From Candidatus Gottesmanbacteria bacterium GW2011_GWA2_43_14 (lineage in GTDB: Bacteria; Patescibacteriota; Microgenomatia; 2-02-FULL-39-11): 64,000 bases of DNA. The stretch's first letter is position 1; each line of letters opens with the position of its first letter. This document shows, in pieces, positions 38,701-48,389 of the stretch. Both the position numbers and the translations under genes were made by a program. The notes below the pieces were generated by a model, which did no database searches, was not told the DNA's origin, and saw nothing but the letters and a program-made list of their open reading frames with translations. The stretch covers positions 13,429-77,428 of the forward strand of contig LCFP01000004.1 of assembly GCA_000999095.1 (NCBI GenBank). Reading direction: 5' to 3'.

Positions 38701-40644
38701 ATGCTGTCTTTTTTATCTAAAAAGAAAACTGTCAACATCAATCCAGTCCAGACACCGGTATCTCCGGTCCCACCCGCTCTACAGCCGGCAGGACAAACAC
38801 CCGGTGCATCTGCCGCTCAGCCTGTCCCGGTTCAAACTAACACCGCTTCTAAAGCTGCAGAAATAGCCAAAAACACCCAGCTTCAGGCAGCCAAAGAGAA
38901 AATAACCAAAGGCCTGGTCAATATAAAAGACATTATCGCTCCGTCTTTGGTTGAAGTTGATTTTGACCACATTAGAATCAACAACGTCTTTTACAGGACT
39001 TTGTTCGTGGCCGGTTATCCCCGTTATGTAGCTGCAAATTGGCTGCATCCGCTGCTTTCTTTCGACAAATCCCTTTTTATCTCGATGTATATTTATCCGA
39101 CGGAATCAAAAGTCATCCTGGAAGACCTCAAGAGAAAAATTGCCGAGATGGAAGCGACCATTCAGGTAGATATGAAAAGAGGCAAAGTCATTGACCCGTC
39201 AGTCCAGGTTTCGCTTGATGACGCCTTGGCCCTTCAGGCGCAATTGGCAAAAGGAGCCGAAAGATTTTATCAATTTTCCCTCTACATCACAATTCCTTCC
39301 GAAACAATTGAGGATTTAAACAGGTTTGCTAAAGAGGTTGAATCTACCTTGGGTTCACTTTTGATTATCCCCAAACATGCCACTTTATCACAGGAAGAAG
39401 GATTTAAATCAACCCTGCCGATGTCCATTGACAAGCTTGACGTCACCAGAAATATGGACACTACCTCCCTGGCGACTACCTTTCCCTTTACCACCGCTTC
39501 CTTATCCGCCAACGAAGGCATCCTCTATGGAATCAATGAACATGACGGCAGTCTGGTTATTTTCAACCGTTTCAGTCTGGAAAACAGCAATAGCGTTATC
39601 TTCGGAAAATCCGGTGCCGGCAAATCTTTTCTGGTCAAATTGGAAGTCATGCGTACCCTGATGTTCGGGGCTGATGTTTTTGTCATTGATCCGGAAGGGG
39701 AATACAAGGACATAACCAGGGCTTTGGGTGGTGATCTTCTTGACTTCTCATTCAATTCACCCATCAAAATCAATCCTTTCGACCTGTCAGGCATCGTCAC
39801 TGAAGGTGAAAATGAACTCGGCTTAAAAATCCTCTCCATTCACGGACTGATGAGAGTTATCATGGGTGAACTTTCTCCGACTGAAGACGCCCTGCTGGAT
39901 AAAGCATTGGTCCTTACATATAAACAGAAAGGGATAACGCCGGACCCGGAAACCCAGAAAAAAGAACCGCCTTTGATGGAAGATTTGTACAAGGTGCTTT
40001 TGGGAATGGAAGAGGAAAATGCCCGACACCTGGCAGAACGGCTGGAGAAATTTGTTAAAGGATCACTGGCGGGCATCTTTAATCAGCAGTCAAATGTCTC
40101 CCTGAAAAACCAGCTGACGGTTTTCAACATCAAGGAACTGGAGGCGGAACTGCGCCCGATGGCCATATTTTCCATCCTGGATTTTATCTGGACAAAAATC
40201 AAAAGGGATGTCAAAAAAAGATTGCTGATTGTAGATGAAGCATGGTACCTGATGAAACATCCGGATTCCGCCACCTTCCTCTACGGCATAGCCAAAAGAG
40301 CCCGGAAGTATTATCTCGGCGTAACCACCATCACCCAGGATGTCGAAGACTTCCTCTCAACCGACCACGGCAAAGCCATTATTACCAATTCGAGCCTGCA
40401 GATTCTCCTCAAACAATCAACGGCAGCCATCGATAAGCTGGCAGAGGTTTTTTATCTTTCAAGCGGCGAAAAGCACTTCCTGCTCTCGGCCGGGGTAGGG
40501 GAAGGACTGTTCTTTGCCGGAGCTTCACACGCTGCCGTCCAATTTATTGCATCTTCTCAGGAATATCAGCTGGCGACCAGCAAACCTCAGGAAGTAAGGC
40601 AGGATCCCTCCTTTCCCAACGTGCCTAAAATTCCCAGTGTATAA
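38701..40644 (+). CDS. VirB4/TraE/TrsE-type type IV secretion ATPase, C-terminal ATPase portion
   Basis: Walker A FGKSGAGKSF, Walker B RLLIVDEAWYL, and the conserved KYYLGVTTITQDVEDF region. Confidence 0.75.
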   Translation: MLSFLSKKKTVNINPVQTPVSPVPPALQPAGQTPGASAAQPVPVQTNTASKAAEIAKNTQLQAAKEKITKGLVNIKDIIAPSLVEVDFDHIRINNVFYRTLFVAGYPRYVAANWLHPLLSFDKSLFISMYIYPTESKVILEDLKRKIAEMEATIQVDMKRGKVIDPSVQVSLDDALALQAQLAKGAERFYQFSLYITIPSETIEDLNRFAKEVESTLGSLLIIPKHATLSQEEGFKSTLPMSIDKLDVTRNMDTTSLATTFPFTTASLSANEGILYGINEHDGSLVIFNRFSLENSNSVIFGKSGAGKSFLVKLEVMRTLMFGADVFVIDPEGEYKDITRALGGDLLDFSFNSPIKINPFDLSGIVTEGENELGLKILSIHGLMRVIMGELSPTEDALLDKALVLTYKQKGITPDPETQKKEPPLMEDLYKVLLGMEEENARHLAERLEKFVKGSLAGIFNQQSNVSLKNQLTVFNIKELEAELRPMAIFSILDFIWTKIKRDVKKRLLIVDEAWYLMKHPDSATFLYGIAKRARKYYLGVTTITQDVEDFLSTDHGKAIITNSSLQILLKQSTAAIDKLAEVFYLSSGEKHFLLSAGVGEGLFFAGASHAAVQFIASSQEYQLATSKPQEVRQDPSFPNVPKIPSV

Positions 40645-40653
40645 TAAAAAGGT

Positions 40654-42087
40654 ATGTCCCAAAAACCAGCTCCTTCCCGAGAAATAGAGGCAGAAGGAGA
40701 ACAACAGGGATTTGACCTCGACCAGCAGGATACCGCTACCTGGGCATCACTGGTTCAGCTGACCGGAGCCATCGGTGCCGGAGGATTTCAGTACGTTGAC
40801 GAAACAAGAAAAGCCTTTAATACCGTTAATGATGAGAATATCCATAATAAATTATTAAACCTTGAAAACCCTCAAAAACTCCAAAAAGTCATTTATGACT
40901 ATCAGCTTATCGGGCGTAGGCTGAAAACTCCGGAAAAAGAAAGCACAAAATTTGCCTTCTATAATTTCAAAGGAGAAGTCACCAGAGACAGGTTCGATCG
41001 GGTTGGCCAGGCAATCATAGTTGCCAGACAAATCCATCAATATACCAATAAAGTTGAGACATCGATAAGATTTGATAAAACAATTAAAGCTTATGGTTTC
41101 AGTGAAGAGACTGTCCAACAATTACGCAAAAACCTGACTGAATGGCAGGAAAAAAATCCGGGAGCGGAAATAGATAATATTCTTTCCAACCAATCAAAGA
41201 AACTATACGGGGAACAATGCGCAAAAGATGGAAAAAAAGCTGATAAAAATATTGAAACCGCATTAAAAAAAGACTTAACAACAGCCAGGAAAGAAGCGTT
41301 AATTAAGGTAGATGAATTGGGGGTAAGAGATAGAGCTGAAAGCGTCATCAAAAACGACTTTTTAAATAATCAAAATGCTCCATTAAAAGAAGAACAAATT
41401 AAAACCAGGCTGGAGTATGTTTTTGAAGGAAAAATCCCTGAAGAAAAATTGGCAGGAGTCGTGGAAAAAACGGTTGAATCTGCCAGGACTTTTCAGGAAC
41501 CCGCAAGCAAACCCTTACCCCAGGTAGGAAAATCTCCTTTGCCCCGGTCTTTTTCTTTTCCGCAAATCAGACTTTCGACGATAAAAATTTCCATCAGGTT
41601 ACCGAATTTGGTCGGATTGGGAAATTTGGGCGGGTCCTTACTCAGACAGGGAGCGACAAAACTGGCCGGGAAGTTGGCCGGAAAAGCCGTAGCACAAACA
41701 GCCTTGGGAGCGGCAACGGGAGGAGTGTATAACGCCATCAGTCTCCTAGCTTCATTTTTCGGTATTAATTTGGATGACATAGCTATAAAGGTTGCCTTAT
41801 GGGCCGGAATCCTGGCAGTTGGGGTCCCGGCAGCTATAGTCGTCTTTTTTATCTTTAGCAGCAGTAATTCATCCCGCTTGTTTGATCCCCAAGCTGTAAC
41901 GCAGGAAGAGGTTTTTTACCAAAATTCCAGACATTTTGCCTGGAAAAGGTTTGAGGAGAAAAATCTCAAGATTTTAGATACTTCTGCTTCCTGGATTGCT
42001 TTTGAAAAAGAGCGTCTGGATTTGGACAACCGGCTGGTCGAACGACTATCCCTGGACCCGGACCGGCATAATGATGTGGAGAAATGA
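40654..42087 (+). CDS. Hypothetical protein with a C-terminal TM cluster, possibly a T4SS-associated membrane component
   Basis: 477-aa ORF starting 10 nt after the VirB4 stop. Hydrophobic helices lie at about residues 370-420. Its 3' end overlaps dnaN by 42 nt. Confidence 0.4.
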   Translation: MSQKPAPSREIEAEGEQQGFDLDQQDTATWASLVQLTGAIGAGGFQYVDETRKAFNTVNDENIHNKLLNLENPQKLQKVIYDYQLIGRRLKTPEKESTKFAFYNFKGEVTRDRFDRVGQAIIVARQIHQYTNKVETSIRFDKTIKAYGFSEETVQQLRKNLTEWQEKNPGAEIDNILSNQSKKLYGEQCAKDGKKADKNIETALKKDLTTARKEALIKVDELGVRDRAESVIKNDFLNNQNAPLKEEQIKTRLEYVFEGKIPEEKLAGVVEKTVESARTFQEPASKPLPQVGKSPLPRSFSFPQIRLSTIKISIRLPNLVGLGNLGGSLLRQGATKLAGKLAGKAVAQTALGAATGGVYNAISLLASFFGINLDDIAIKVALWAGILAVGVPAAIVVFFIFSSSNSSRLFDPQAVTQEEVFYQNSRHFAWKRFEEKNLKILDTSASWIAFEKERLDLDNRLVERLSLDPDRHNDVEK

Positions 42088-43155
42088 GATTTTATCGCTT
42101 TTGGGTTTAAAAACTCCCGGTGATAAGGGGCCCGACGATTCAAAAACCAGTTCTTTTTCCGGAAAATTACTTAGAAGATCCAGAAGGAAACGGAAATTAA
42201 ACGCCACTTCGCTTTCTTCCCCTTCGACCTTGGCTTCTACATAATCGCTTTCTTCGCCCACCTGAGGAGTGTTGGCCGACAACCTAAGTCCTTCCTTCTC
42301 AATTTTCATCTTAATGATATTGGCGGCACCGCGGGCAAAGATGGAAGTAGTTTTAACTGCCTGGGTAAATAATTCCTTATCCAGTATCACTCTGGTTTTA
42401 AAACTGTCGGGTATTATTTTTTCAACATTAGGGAATTCTCCGTCAATCAGACGGCTGTAAATTTTAGTATCAGGCATTGAAAATACCACCTGATTTTTAT
42501 TTTCAATGATTGAGATATCCAAATCCGCAGCTTTTAATTCCTGGGCTATTCTGACAACTTCAAAAAGTGATGATGCGGGCAAAACAACATCGAGAAGCTC
42601 GTTCTTTGAAGGAATCGCCACTTCTTCTTTGGACAACCTGTAACCGTCGGTGGCCGACATGGACAATATGCCGTCGTCAATTTTTGTTCTGACTCCGGTT
42701 AAAATCGGCCTTCCTTCATCAATGGAAGCGGCAAAAGCCGTCCTAATGATTGAATCCTTGACTTTGGCAAATGGCAGTTTTCGGTCAAATGATAAAGGCT
42801 GCGGGAAAGTAGGGAAGTCGGCAGGATTACCGATGGCAAAAGAAGCCCTGGTGGTATCGGTTTTGACTTCCAGGTTTTTGTCGGTTGCCGTTATCTCCAG
42901 CTTATCCGCTCCAAGTGAGTTTATAAATTCCGTAAGCAATTTTCCCGGTATGGCCACCTCTCCTTCTTTTTCTATTTTGGCTGAGGTTTGGTAAATGATC
43001 CCGAGTTCCAGATTGGTAGAAAGAAACTCCAATTGGTTTTTAGCACCCCGAAGTAAAATATGGGAAAGAATCGGCAGCTGCGGTCTTAGGGAAATTCCTT
43101 TTCCGACAATTGATAAAGCTCTTACAATATTCTCTTTTAAAATTAATATTTTCAT
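42046..43155 (-). CDS. dnaN: DNA polymerase III beta sliding clamp
   Basis: The N-terminus MKILILKENIVRALSIVGKGISLRPQLPILSHILL is typical DnaN. Three-domain length of 369 aa, downstream of dnaA. Confidence 0.85.
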   Translation of the reverse strand: MKILILKENIVRALSIVGKGISLRPQLPILSHILLRGAKNQLEFLSTNLELGIIYQTSAKIEKEGEVAIPGKLLTEFINSLGADKLEITATDKNLEVKTDTTRASFAIGNPADFPTFPQPLSFDRKLPFAKVKDSIIRTAFAASIDEGRPILTGVRTKIDDGILSMSATDGYRLSKEEVAIPSKNELLDVVLPASSLFEVVRIAQELKAADLDISIIENKNQVVFSMPDTKIYSRLIDGEFPNVEKIIPDSFKTRVILDKELFTQAVKTTSIFARGAANIIKMKIEKEGLRLSANTPQVGEESDYVEAKVEGEESEVAFNFRFLLDLLSNFPEKELVFESSGPLSPGVFKPKSDKISFLHIIMPVRVQG

Positions 43156-43354
43156 GTTCTTTTTACCTATTTCTTATATATTTCTTACAGTAATAGTAGT
43201 ATTAGAAAGCGTTGATAAGTGTAGTGAATTTAACTCTTACAGTCAAGAAGCTCCAAATTGTTAATTTTTCCCTGTGTATATCAGGGTAATAACAGTGTGA
43301 ATTCTTATGTGGATAGCTGTTCATTTTATGTGGATAAGTTGTTATCTTTTTGTT
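43156..43354. promoter_or_regulatory. Candidate oriC: an AT-rich dnaA-dnaN intergenic region carrying DnaA boxes
   Basis: A perfect TGTGGATAA (reverse complement of TTATCCACA) at 43329-43337. One-mismatch boxes at 43308-43316 and 43365-43373. The surrounding sequence is AT-rich. Confidence 0.45.
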
Positions 43355-44695
43355 TTATCCAGAAAACCGGTTTTTTATCCCCAAGATATCACCACGGATT
43401 TTTTCGTCCTGACCAATAAGGTCGCTGATTTTGCGGACTCCGTGAAGTATGGTTGTATGGTCCCGCCCGCCCAAAAGATCACCGATTTGTTCAAGACCTA
43501 TGCCGATTTCCGTTCTTAATAAATAATAAAGAATTTGTCTGGGCAAGCTATAAATTTTATCCCTTTTAGAACTTTTTAATTGGGAAACTTTCAACTGATA
43601 GAAAGCGGCTACAATTTTAACTACTTCTTCCGGTTGCATATTTTTTTCCAGAACGGGAATTCTCAGGGTTTTTCCCAATACATTTTTTACCAGCTCGGCA
43701 TCAAGCGGAATATCTTTGGTTTGCGCCTCACTGATAATCCTGATAAGGAGACCCTCGAGTTTTCTCGTGTTTTCAACGTTGGCTGAAAGTAGCTTGGCGG
43801 CATCCATCGGCAAATCTACCTGCCGCTGTTTAGCTTTTATCAGTAAAATGGCTGTTCTAAGTTCAAAATCAGGGTTGCCGATATCGATGGTCAGACCGCC
43901 CTCAAAACGGGACCTGAGCCTTTCTTCCAACTTGTCAATTTCCTCCGGTTGCCTGTCGCTGGTTATGATAATCTGTTTTTTTGCCTGGTATACAGCGTTG
44001 AACGTATGAAAAAATTCTTCCTGGATGGAATATTTACCGGCGATAAACTGGACGTCATCGATCAGCAGGATATCGGTCTGGCGGTATTTTTTTTTGAAAG
44101 AGGTGGTAGTTTTATTGGAGATAGCCTCGATTATTTCGTTGGTGAATTCTTCACCGGTACAGAAAATAATTTTAATTTTAGGATTTTTGGAAAGTACTGA
44201 ATGTCCGATGGCCTGCATCAGATGGGTTTTGCCCACTCCAGTGCCGCCGTAGAGAAAGAGGGGATTATAGGAAAAACCCGGATTTTTGGAAACGGCGGTG
44301 GCTGCCGCATATGCCATTTGATTGGTTGAGGAAACGGCAAAATTGGCGAAAGTATAGTCTTTGTTCAGTCTGCCCAACTCCGGCAGGAAATTGGCCGGAG
44401 TAACTCTCATGGAAAATAGAGGTCCGTCGATGTGGTCGCCGTTGGTCTTTTTTTTGGCGGCTTTGAAAGACAAAGTTAAATCTTTCTGGGTGTATTGTTT
44501 TAAGGTGTCCCTGATTAAGACCTGGTAGCGTTTCTCGATCAGGTTTATCAACATCGGGTTATTGCAATTAATAACTGCTTCTTTATCATTGAGGGCTTCC
44601 AAAGAGGTTTGGGAGATCAGGGTTTGGAATACTACTTTGCTGACTTGAAGCTGAAGGTCAGCTAAAATAGTTTGCCAAAGACTAACGTTGTCCAT
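43355..44695 (-). CDS. dnaA: Chromosomal replication initiator protein DnaA. Start chosen at MDNVSLWQ.
   Basis: AAA+ Walker A GGTGVGKTHL, Walker B LLIDDVQF, and a C-terminal DNA-binding helix-turn-helix (DHTTILHGVRKI). A perfect DnaA box TTATCCACA lies at 44719-44727, just upstream. Confidence 0.9.
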   Translation of the reverse strand: MDNVSLWQTILADLQLQVSKVVFQTLISQTSLEALNDKEAVINCNNPMLINLIEKRYQVLIRDTLKQYTQKDLTLSFKAAKKKTNGDHIDGPLFSMRVTPANFLPELGRLNKDYTFANFAVSSTNQMAYAAATAVSKNPGFSYNPLFLYGGTGVGKTHLMQAIGHSVLSKNPKIKIIFCTGEEFTNEIIEAISNKTTTSFKKKYRQTDILLIDDVQFIAGKYSIQEEFFHTFNAVYQAKKQIIITSDRQPEEIDKLEERLRSRFEGGLTIDIGNPDFELRTAILLIKAKQRQVDLPMDAAKLLSANVENTRKLEGLLIRIISEAQTKDIPLDAELVKNVLGKTLRIPVLEKNMQPEEVVKIVAAFYQLKVSQLKSSKRDKIYSLPRQILYYLLRTEIGIGLEQIGDLLGGRDHTTILHGVRKISDLIGQDEKIRGDILGIKNRFSG

Positions 44696-44781
44696 AGGAT
44701 TTCCACATCGTAAGAAAGTTATCCACAATTGTCAACGAGCTAGAAATGATATTTTCTATTATTTGTGATATCATTTACAAA

Positions 44782-44919
44782 ATGCCGAAACGCACATTTC
44801 AACCGAAAAAAGGCAGAAGAATAAAAAGACACGGCTATCGTACCAGGTCTAAAACAAGCGGCGGGAGACGAGTCCTGAAAAGGCGGCTTCTCAAAGGCCG
44901 CAATAAACTGACGGTTTAA
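44782..44919 (+). CDS. rpmH: 50S ribosomal protein L34. Not in the supplied ORF track; 45 aa.
   Basis: Translation [45 protein letters not shown] is a near-canonical L34. Conserved position between dnaA and rnpA. Confidence 0.9.
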   Translation: MPKRTFQPKKGRRIKRHGYRTRSKTSGGRRVLKRRLLKGRNKLTV

Positions 44920-44932
44920 GATAAAAGGCGTC

Positions 44933-45280
44933 ATGTTGCCCCAAAAACTCCGGCTTACTTTCCAGGAATTCAGAAATAGTCAATTAACTCAAAAAAAGAT
45001 CATGACAGACAATTTTATGGTGTTGGTTAAAAGACAACCCGGGAAAGGCAACCGTTTTTTTATTACCGTTCCGAAAAGCCTGGACAAAAGATCAGTAAAA
45101 CGCCATCAGACAAGGAGAGCAATAGAAGGCATTATTCTGAAACAAAAAAACAGATTGACTCTGACGGGTCAAATTATGATCAGGCCCAGAAAAATATACC
45201 ATGAGAAAGAAAAAACTGTCTGGCGGCAGGACCTGGAGCAAATTTTACAGCATGAAAAGAACCCAACAAACTCTGCTTAA
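44933..45280 (+). CDS. rnpA: Ribonuclease P protein component
   Basis: Basic 115-aa protein immediately after rpmH, with a [11 protein letters not shown]-type RNase P motif. Confidence 0.75.
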   Translation: MLPQKLRLTFQEFRNSQLTQKKIMTDNFMVLVKRQPGKGNRFFITVPKSLDKRSVKRHQTRRAIEGIILKQKNRLTLTGQIMIRPRKIYHEKEKTVWRQDLEQILQHEKNPTNSA

Positions 45281-45476
45281 ATTAATTAAGGGTTACCAGG
45301 TGGCAAAGAAATTCCTGCCTTTTATGGAATCAAGCTGCCGCTTTACACCTAGTTGCTCAGCTTATACTTACCAGGCAATTGGAAGATATGGTACAATCAA
45401 GGGATTATTTTTAGGGTTGAGAAGAATACTGCGCTGTCACCCCTTCTCAAGAGGAGGCTTCGATCCTGTAAAATAG
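45252..45476 (+). CDS. yidD: Membrane protein insertion efficiency factor YidD. Start chosen at the internal Met.
   Basis: [19 protein letters not shown]...[18 protein letters not shown] is the YidD signature. Confidence 0.85.
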   Translation: MKRTQQTLLKLIKGYQVAKKFLPFMESSCRFTPSCSAYTYQAIGRYGTIKGLFLGLRRILRCHPFSRGGFDPVK

Positions 45477-45499
45477 AATATACTTGAAAATAAGCGTTC

Positions 45500-46309
45500 A
45501 TGTTTGACCCGAATAACATTTTTCATTCATTTTTAATAATCCCCATTCTGAACATACTTCTGGGGATCTATAATTTTCTGCAGCTGCTGCATATTCCTTC
45601 CCCTTTGGGATTTTCACTGATATTGCTAACGGTTTTAATCCGTCTAGTATTGCATCCATTGACCGCCTCACAGCTTAAAAGCGCCCAGAAGCTGGCAAAG
45701 CTCAAACCGGAAATCGACAGGATTAACCGGGAATTCAAAGGGGACAAAACAAGACTTCAGCAGGAACAGTTGAAGTTGTACCAGCAGGCAGGCATAAACC
45801 CGGCTGGCGGGTGTCTTCCGCTTCTGGTACAAATGCCGATTCTGATCGCTTTGTATAATCTTTTCTTTCAGTTATTGAATGCCGATAAGGCACAGGTGGT
45901 GGCCGAGATAAATAAGGTAGCCTATTTACCCTTTCTGAAAATCACTTCGCTGGATTTAAATTTTCTGGGAACCAGTCTGGCTTTTAAGCCGTCCGACTGG
46001 CAGTCAAAAGGCTATTGGCTTCTGGCTATTCCCATTATAACGGGTCTCTTGCAATACCTGCAGACAAGAATGATGATGCCCGCACAGGTAAGCGATAAAA
46101 GTAAGCAAATCGTCAAGGACAATAAAAAAGAGGATAAAAAGGGGTCTGAGGATATGGCTTCTGCCATGCAAAAACAGATGTCTCTGATGATGCCGGTCAT
46201 GATCGGTTTCTTTGCCTATTCCTTCCCGTTGGGACTTTCCCTTTATTGGAACACCTTCACTGTTTTTGGTATAATTCAGCAGTATCAAATCCAAAAAAAG
46301 AGCCGATAA
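45500..46309 (+). CDS. yidC: YidC/Oxa1-family membrane protein insertase (short form)
   Basis: KLKPEIDRINREFKGDK...QQAGINPAGGCLPLLVQMPILIALY is the conserved YidC core. Five TM helices. Confidence 0.85.
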   Translation: MFDPNNIFHSFLIIPILNILLGIYNFLQLLHIPSPLGFSLILLTVLIRLVLHPLTASQLKSAQKLAKLKPEIDRINREFKGDKTRLQQEQLKLYQQAGINPAGGCLPLLVQMPILIALYNLFFQLLNADKAQVVAEINKVAYLPFLKITSLDLNFLGTSLAFKPSDWQSKGYWLLAIPIITGLLQYLQTRMMMPAQVSDKSKQIVKDNKKEDKKGSEDMASAMQKQMSLMMPVMIGFFAYSFPLGLSLYWNTFTVFGIIQQYQIQKKSR

Positions 46310-46310
46310 A

Positions 46311-46784
46311 ATGAAGAAAAAAAAGGCAAATCACAGCAAATTAATCAAACAGTCAGTCGAAGAGCTTCTGCTTAAACTTAAGGTTGAAGGCAAAGTTGAG
46401 GTAGAAGAAGTCGAGGCCGGGGAAAATAGTCATTACCAGATAAATATAGAATCGCCGGAAACAGGACTCCTTATCGGCTACCATGGTGAAACAATCAACA
46501 GCCTACAGCTTCTTCTGGGGGTTATTCTATATAAAAAACTGGGTGAATGGGTGAGAGTGGTTATGGATGTCGGCGAGTACCGCAAAATGAGGGAAGAATC
46601 CATCAAGGAAATGGTCGACAGGATTATTGCTGAAGTGGAAAGGACCGGTGAATCGGTCGAAATGCCCTATTTGTCGCCTCTGGAAAGACGCATCGTCCAT
46701 ATGATTTTAACCGAGCACAAAACTTTGACTTCGCAATCCCACGGAGAAGGAAGAGACAGGCGGGTGACTATAAAGCCCCGCTGA
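46311..46784 (+). CDS. Jag/KhpB-like RNA-binding protein (KH and R3H domains)
   Basis: Position after yidC. A KH-like GxxG region (LIGYHGETINSLQ) and a C-terminal R3H-like region (LSPLERRIVHMIL). Confidence 0.7.
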   Translation: MKKKKANHSKLIKQSVEELLLKLKVEGKVEVEEVEAGENSHYQINIESPETGLLIGYHGETINSLQLLLGVILYKKLGEWVRVVMDVGEYRKMREESIKEMVDRIIAEVERTGESVEMPYLSPLERRIVHMILTEHKTLTSQSHGEGRDRRVTIKPR

Positions 46785-46799
46785 TTTCCGCTTCTAAAA

Positions 46800-48053
46800 A
46801 TGCCGAAACCGCGGAAAGAAAACCGTTTGGCTTTCTTTTTATACTATCTTCTGGTGGCAGTTCTGCCTCTGCAGATTGCCCGGCACTTTCCCGCTTATTT
46901 TTCCCGGATTGCCGGCATTAACAGTGATTATCTTACCCCGACTCTTTATTTTACCGATATTTTAGTTTGGTTTTTTATTGCCGCAGTTGCCATTTTCCAT
47001 CCCCGGTTAAAATTCCGCATCAGGAATACCCTGCCGGCAGGGTTATTTTTTCTCTGGCTTTTGTTTTCAGTCTTTTTTGTGGCAATAAACAAAGAGGCGG
47101 CATTTTATTATTTGTGGAAAATTACGGAATTTACCCTACTATTTCGGGCGATAACCATAATTAAACCTTCTTTTTACAAAACCGTGTTGTTTTTATCGCT
47201 GCCGGTTGTATATTCATCGCTAATTGTCCTGCTGCAATTCATTTCACAACGGTCCCTCGGCGGATATTTTTGGTACCTCGGTGAGCGTTCCTTCTACGCG
47301 TCGACACCGGGAATTGCCGCCGTTTCTTTTCAGGGAAGGCTGCTGCTTCGGCCTTACGCAACTTTCCCGCATCCGAATGTTTTCGGCGGATTTCTGGCAA
47401 TAGTCCTGCCGCTGATGATTTTTTATCTTTTTAAAGGCCAATTGCAAATCATTAAGGATAAGAAATATTTTATGGCAGCTGTCTTTTGCGGCATACCGGC
47501 TTTAATTTTAAGCTTTTCCCGAAGCGCCTGGATAGTTTTTGCAGCCGGGCTGGCGGCGGTTTTGCTTGTGGCCTTTAAAAAAATCCGCTGGCCGCAGGCC
47601 AAATCGGCAGCCGTTCTTTTCAGTTTGTTTTTCTTATTATCCTTGACCTTGCCTTTTATGGTTAAAAGCCGAAATCAAAGCCTCGGCGAAAGAAGAGAGC
47701 TTCTGCAAAGCTTTTGGCATAATTTTAGAGACAGTCCTTTGACCGGAGCGGGACTAAACAATTCCATTCTTCTGCAATTTAAAGGAACAAGAGTCAGAGA
47801 CGGTCTTTTTCTGATGCAGCCGGTCCATAATATCTATCTGTTTACCGCCGGTGAATTGGGAATTGTCGGTTTTGCCGGTTTTATCGCTCTTCTTTACTTT
47901 TTATATTTAAAATTCCGGCGGCAGCCTTCCTACAGGTTTATCCCTTTCTGCCTAATCCTATTGCTGGGATTTTTTGATCACTATCCGTTAACGCTGCAGC
48001 AAGGGCAGCTTTTATTTGTTATCTTCAGTGCTTTTGCCCTGACAACTGATTAA
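46800..48053 (+). CDS. O-antigen ligase/polymerase-like (Wzy_C) polytopic membrane protein
   Basis: At least ten hydrophobic helices. HNIYLFTAGELGIVGF matches the O-antigen-ligase family motif. Confidence 0.6.
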   Translation: MPKPRKENRLAFFLYYLLVAVLPLQIARHFPAYFSRIAGINSDYLTPTLYFTDILVWFFIAAVAIFHPRLKFRIRNTLPAGLFFLWLLFSVFFVAINKEAAFYYLWKITEFTLLFRAITIIKPSFYKTVLFLSLPVVYSSLIVLLQFISQRSLGGYFWYLGERSFYASTPGIAAVSFQGRLLLRPYATFPHPNVFGGFLAIVLPLMIFYLFKGQLQIIKDKKYFMAAVFCGIPALILSFSRSAWIVFAAGLAAVLLVAFKKIRWPQAKSAAVLFSLFFLLSLTLPFMVKSRNQSLGERRELLQSFWHNFRDSPLTGAGLNNSILLQFKGTRVRDGLFLMQPVHNIYLFTAGELGIVGFAGFIALLYFLYLKFRRQPSYRFIPFCLILLLGFFDHYPLTLQQGQLLFVIFSAFALTTD

Positions 48054-48389
48054 CTTGTAATTATCCTGGTTAGTATTTAAACTGGGGAATATGCGTAAGC
48101 TGAGGAAATTACTATTGTTTCTATTTGTCCTGCCGATGACTATTTTTCTGGATTTTATACTTTTTTCCCTCTCCCGGAATTGCCCCAGCTGCGGCAGTTT
48201 CCAGGCCTGGCTGGCGAGTGAGGCTGCCTTGTCTTTTCCACTTATCGTCAGTTTGGGAGACTGGTTTAACCGCTTATTGATTGATTTAAAGATCGTTTCC
48301 CATTCGAGTGGAAACAATAAACACCTGGGAGGTGGCAGGCTGGATCATAGCGGAAACAATGACTCCTCGCAGGCGAAACACTTCGGAAT

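Noticed and set aside
42046-42087. 42-nt convergent overlap between the 477-aa membrane protein ORF and dnaN
   Set aside because: This is most likely a tolerated 3'-end overlap or a slightly over-extended ORF end. It does not change either call.
48054-48389. A 336-bp gap before nadD containing a 100-aa ORF (48091-48393) and a GTTTCC...GGAAAC hairpin. I checked it for a tRNA or small RNA.
   Set aside because: No tRNA-like T-loop or D-loop consensus is present, and the hairpin lacks a U-tail. The ORF has a plausible signal-like N-terminus but no motif. I left it uncalled.
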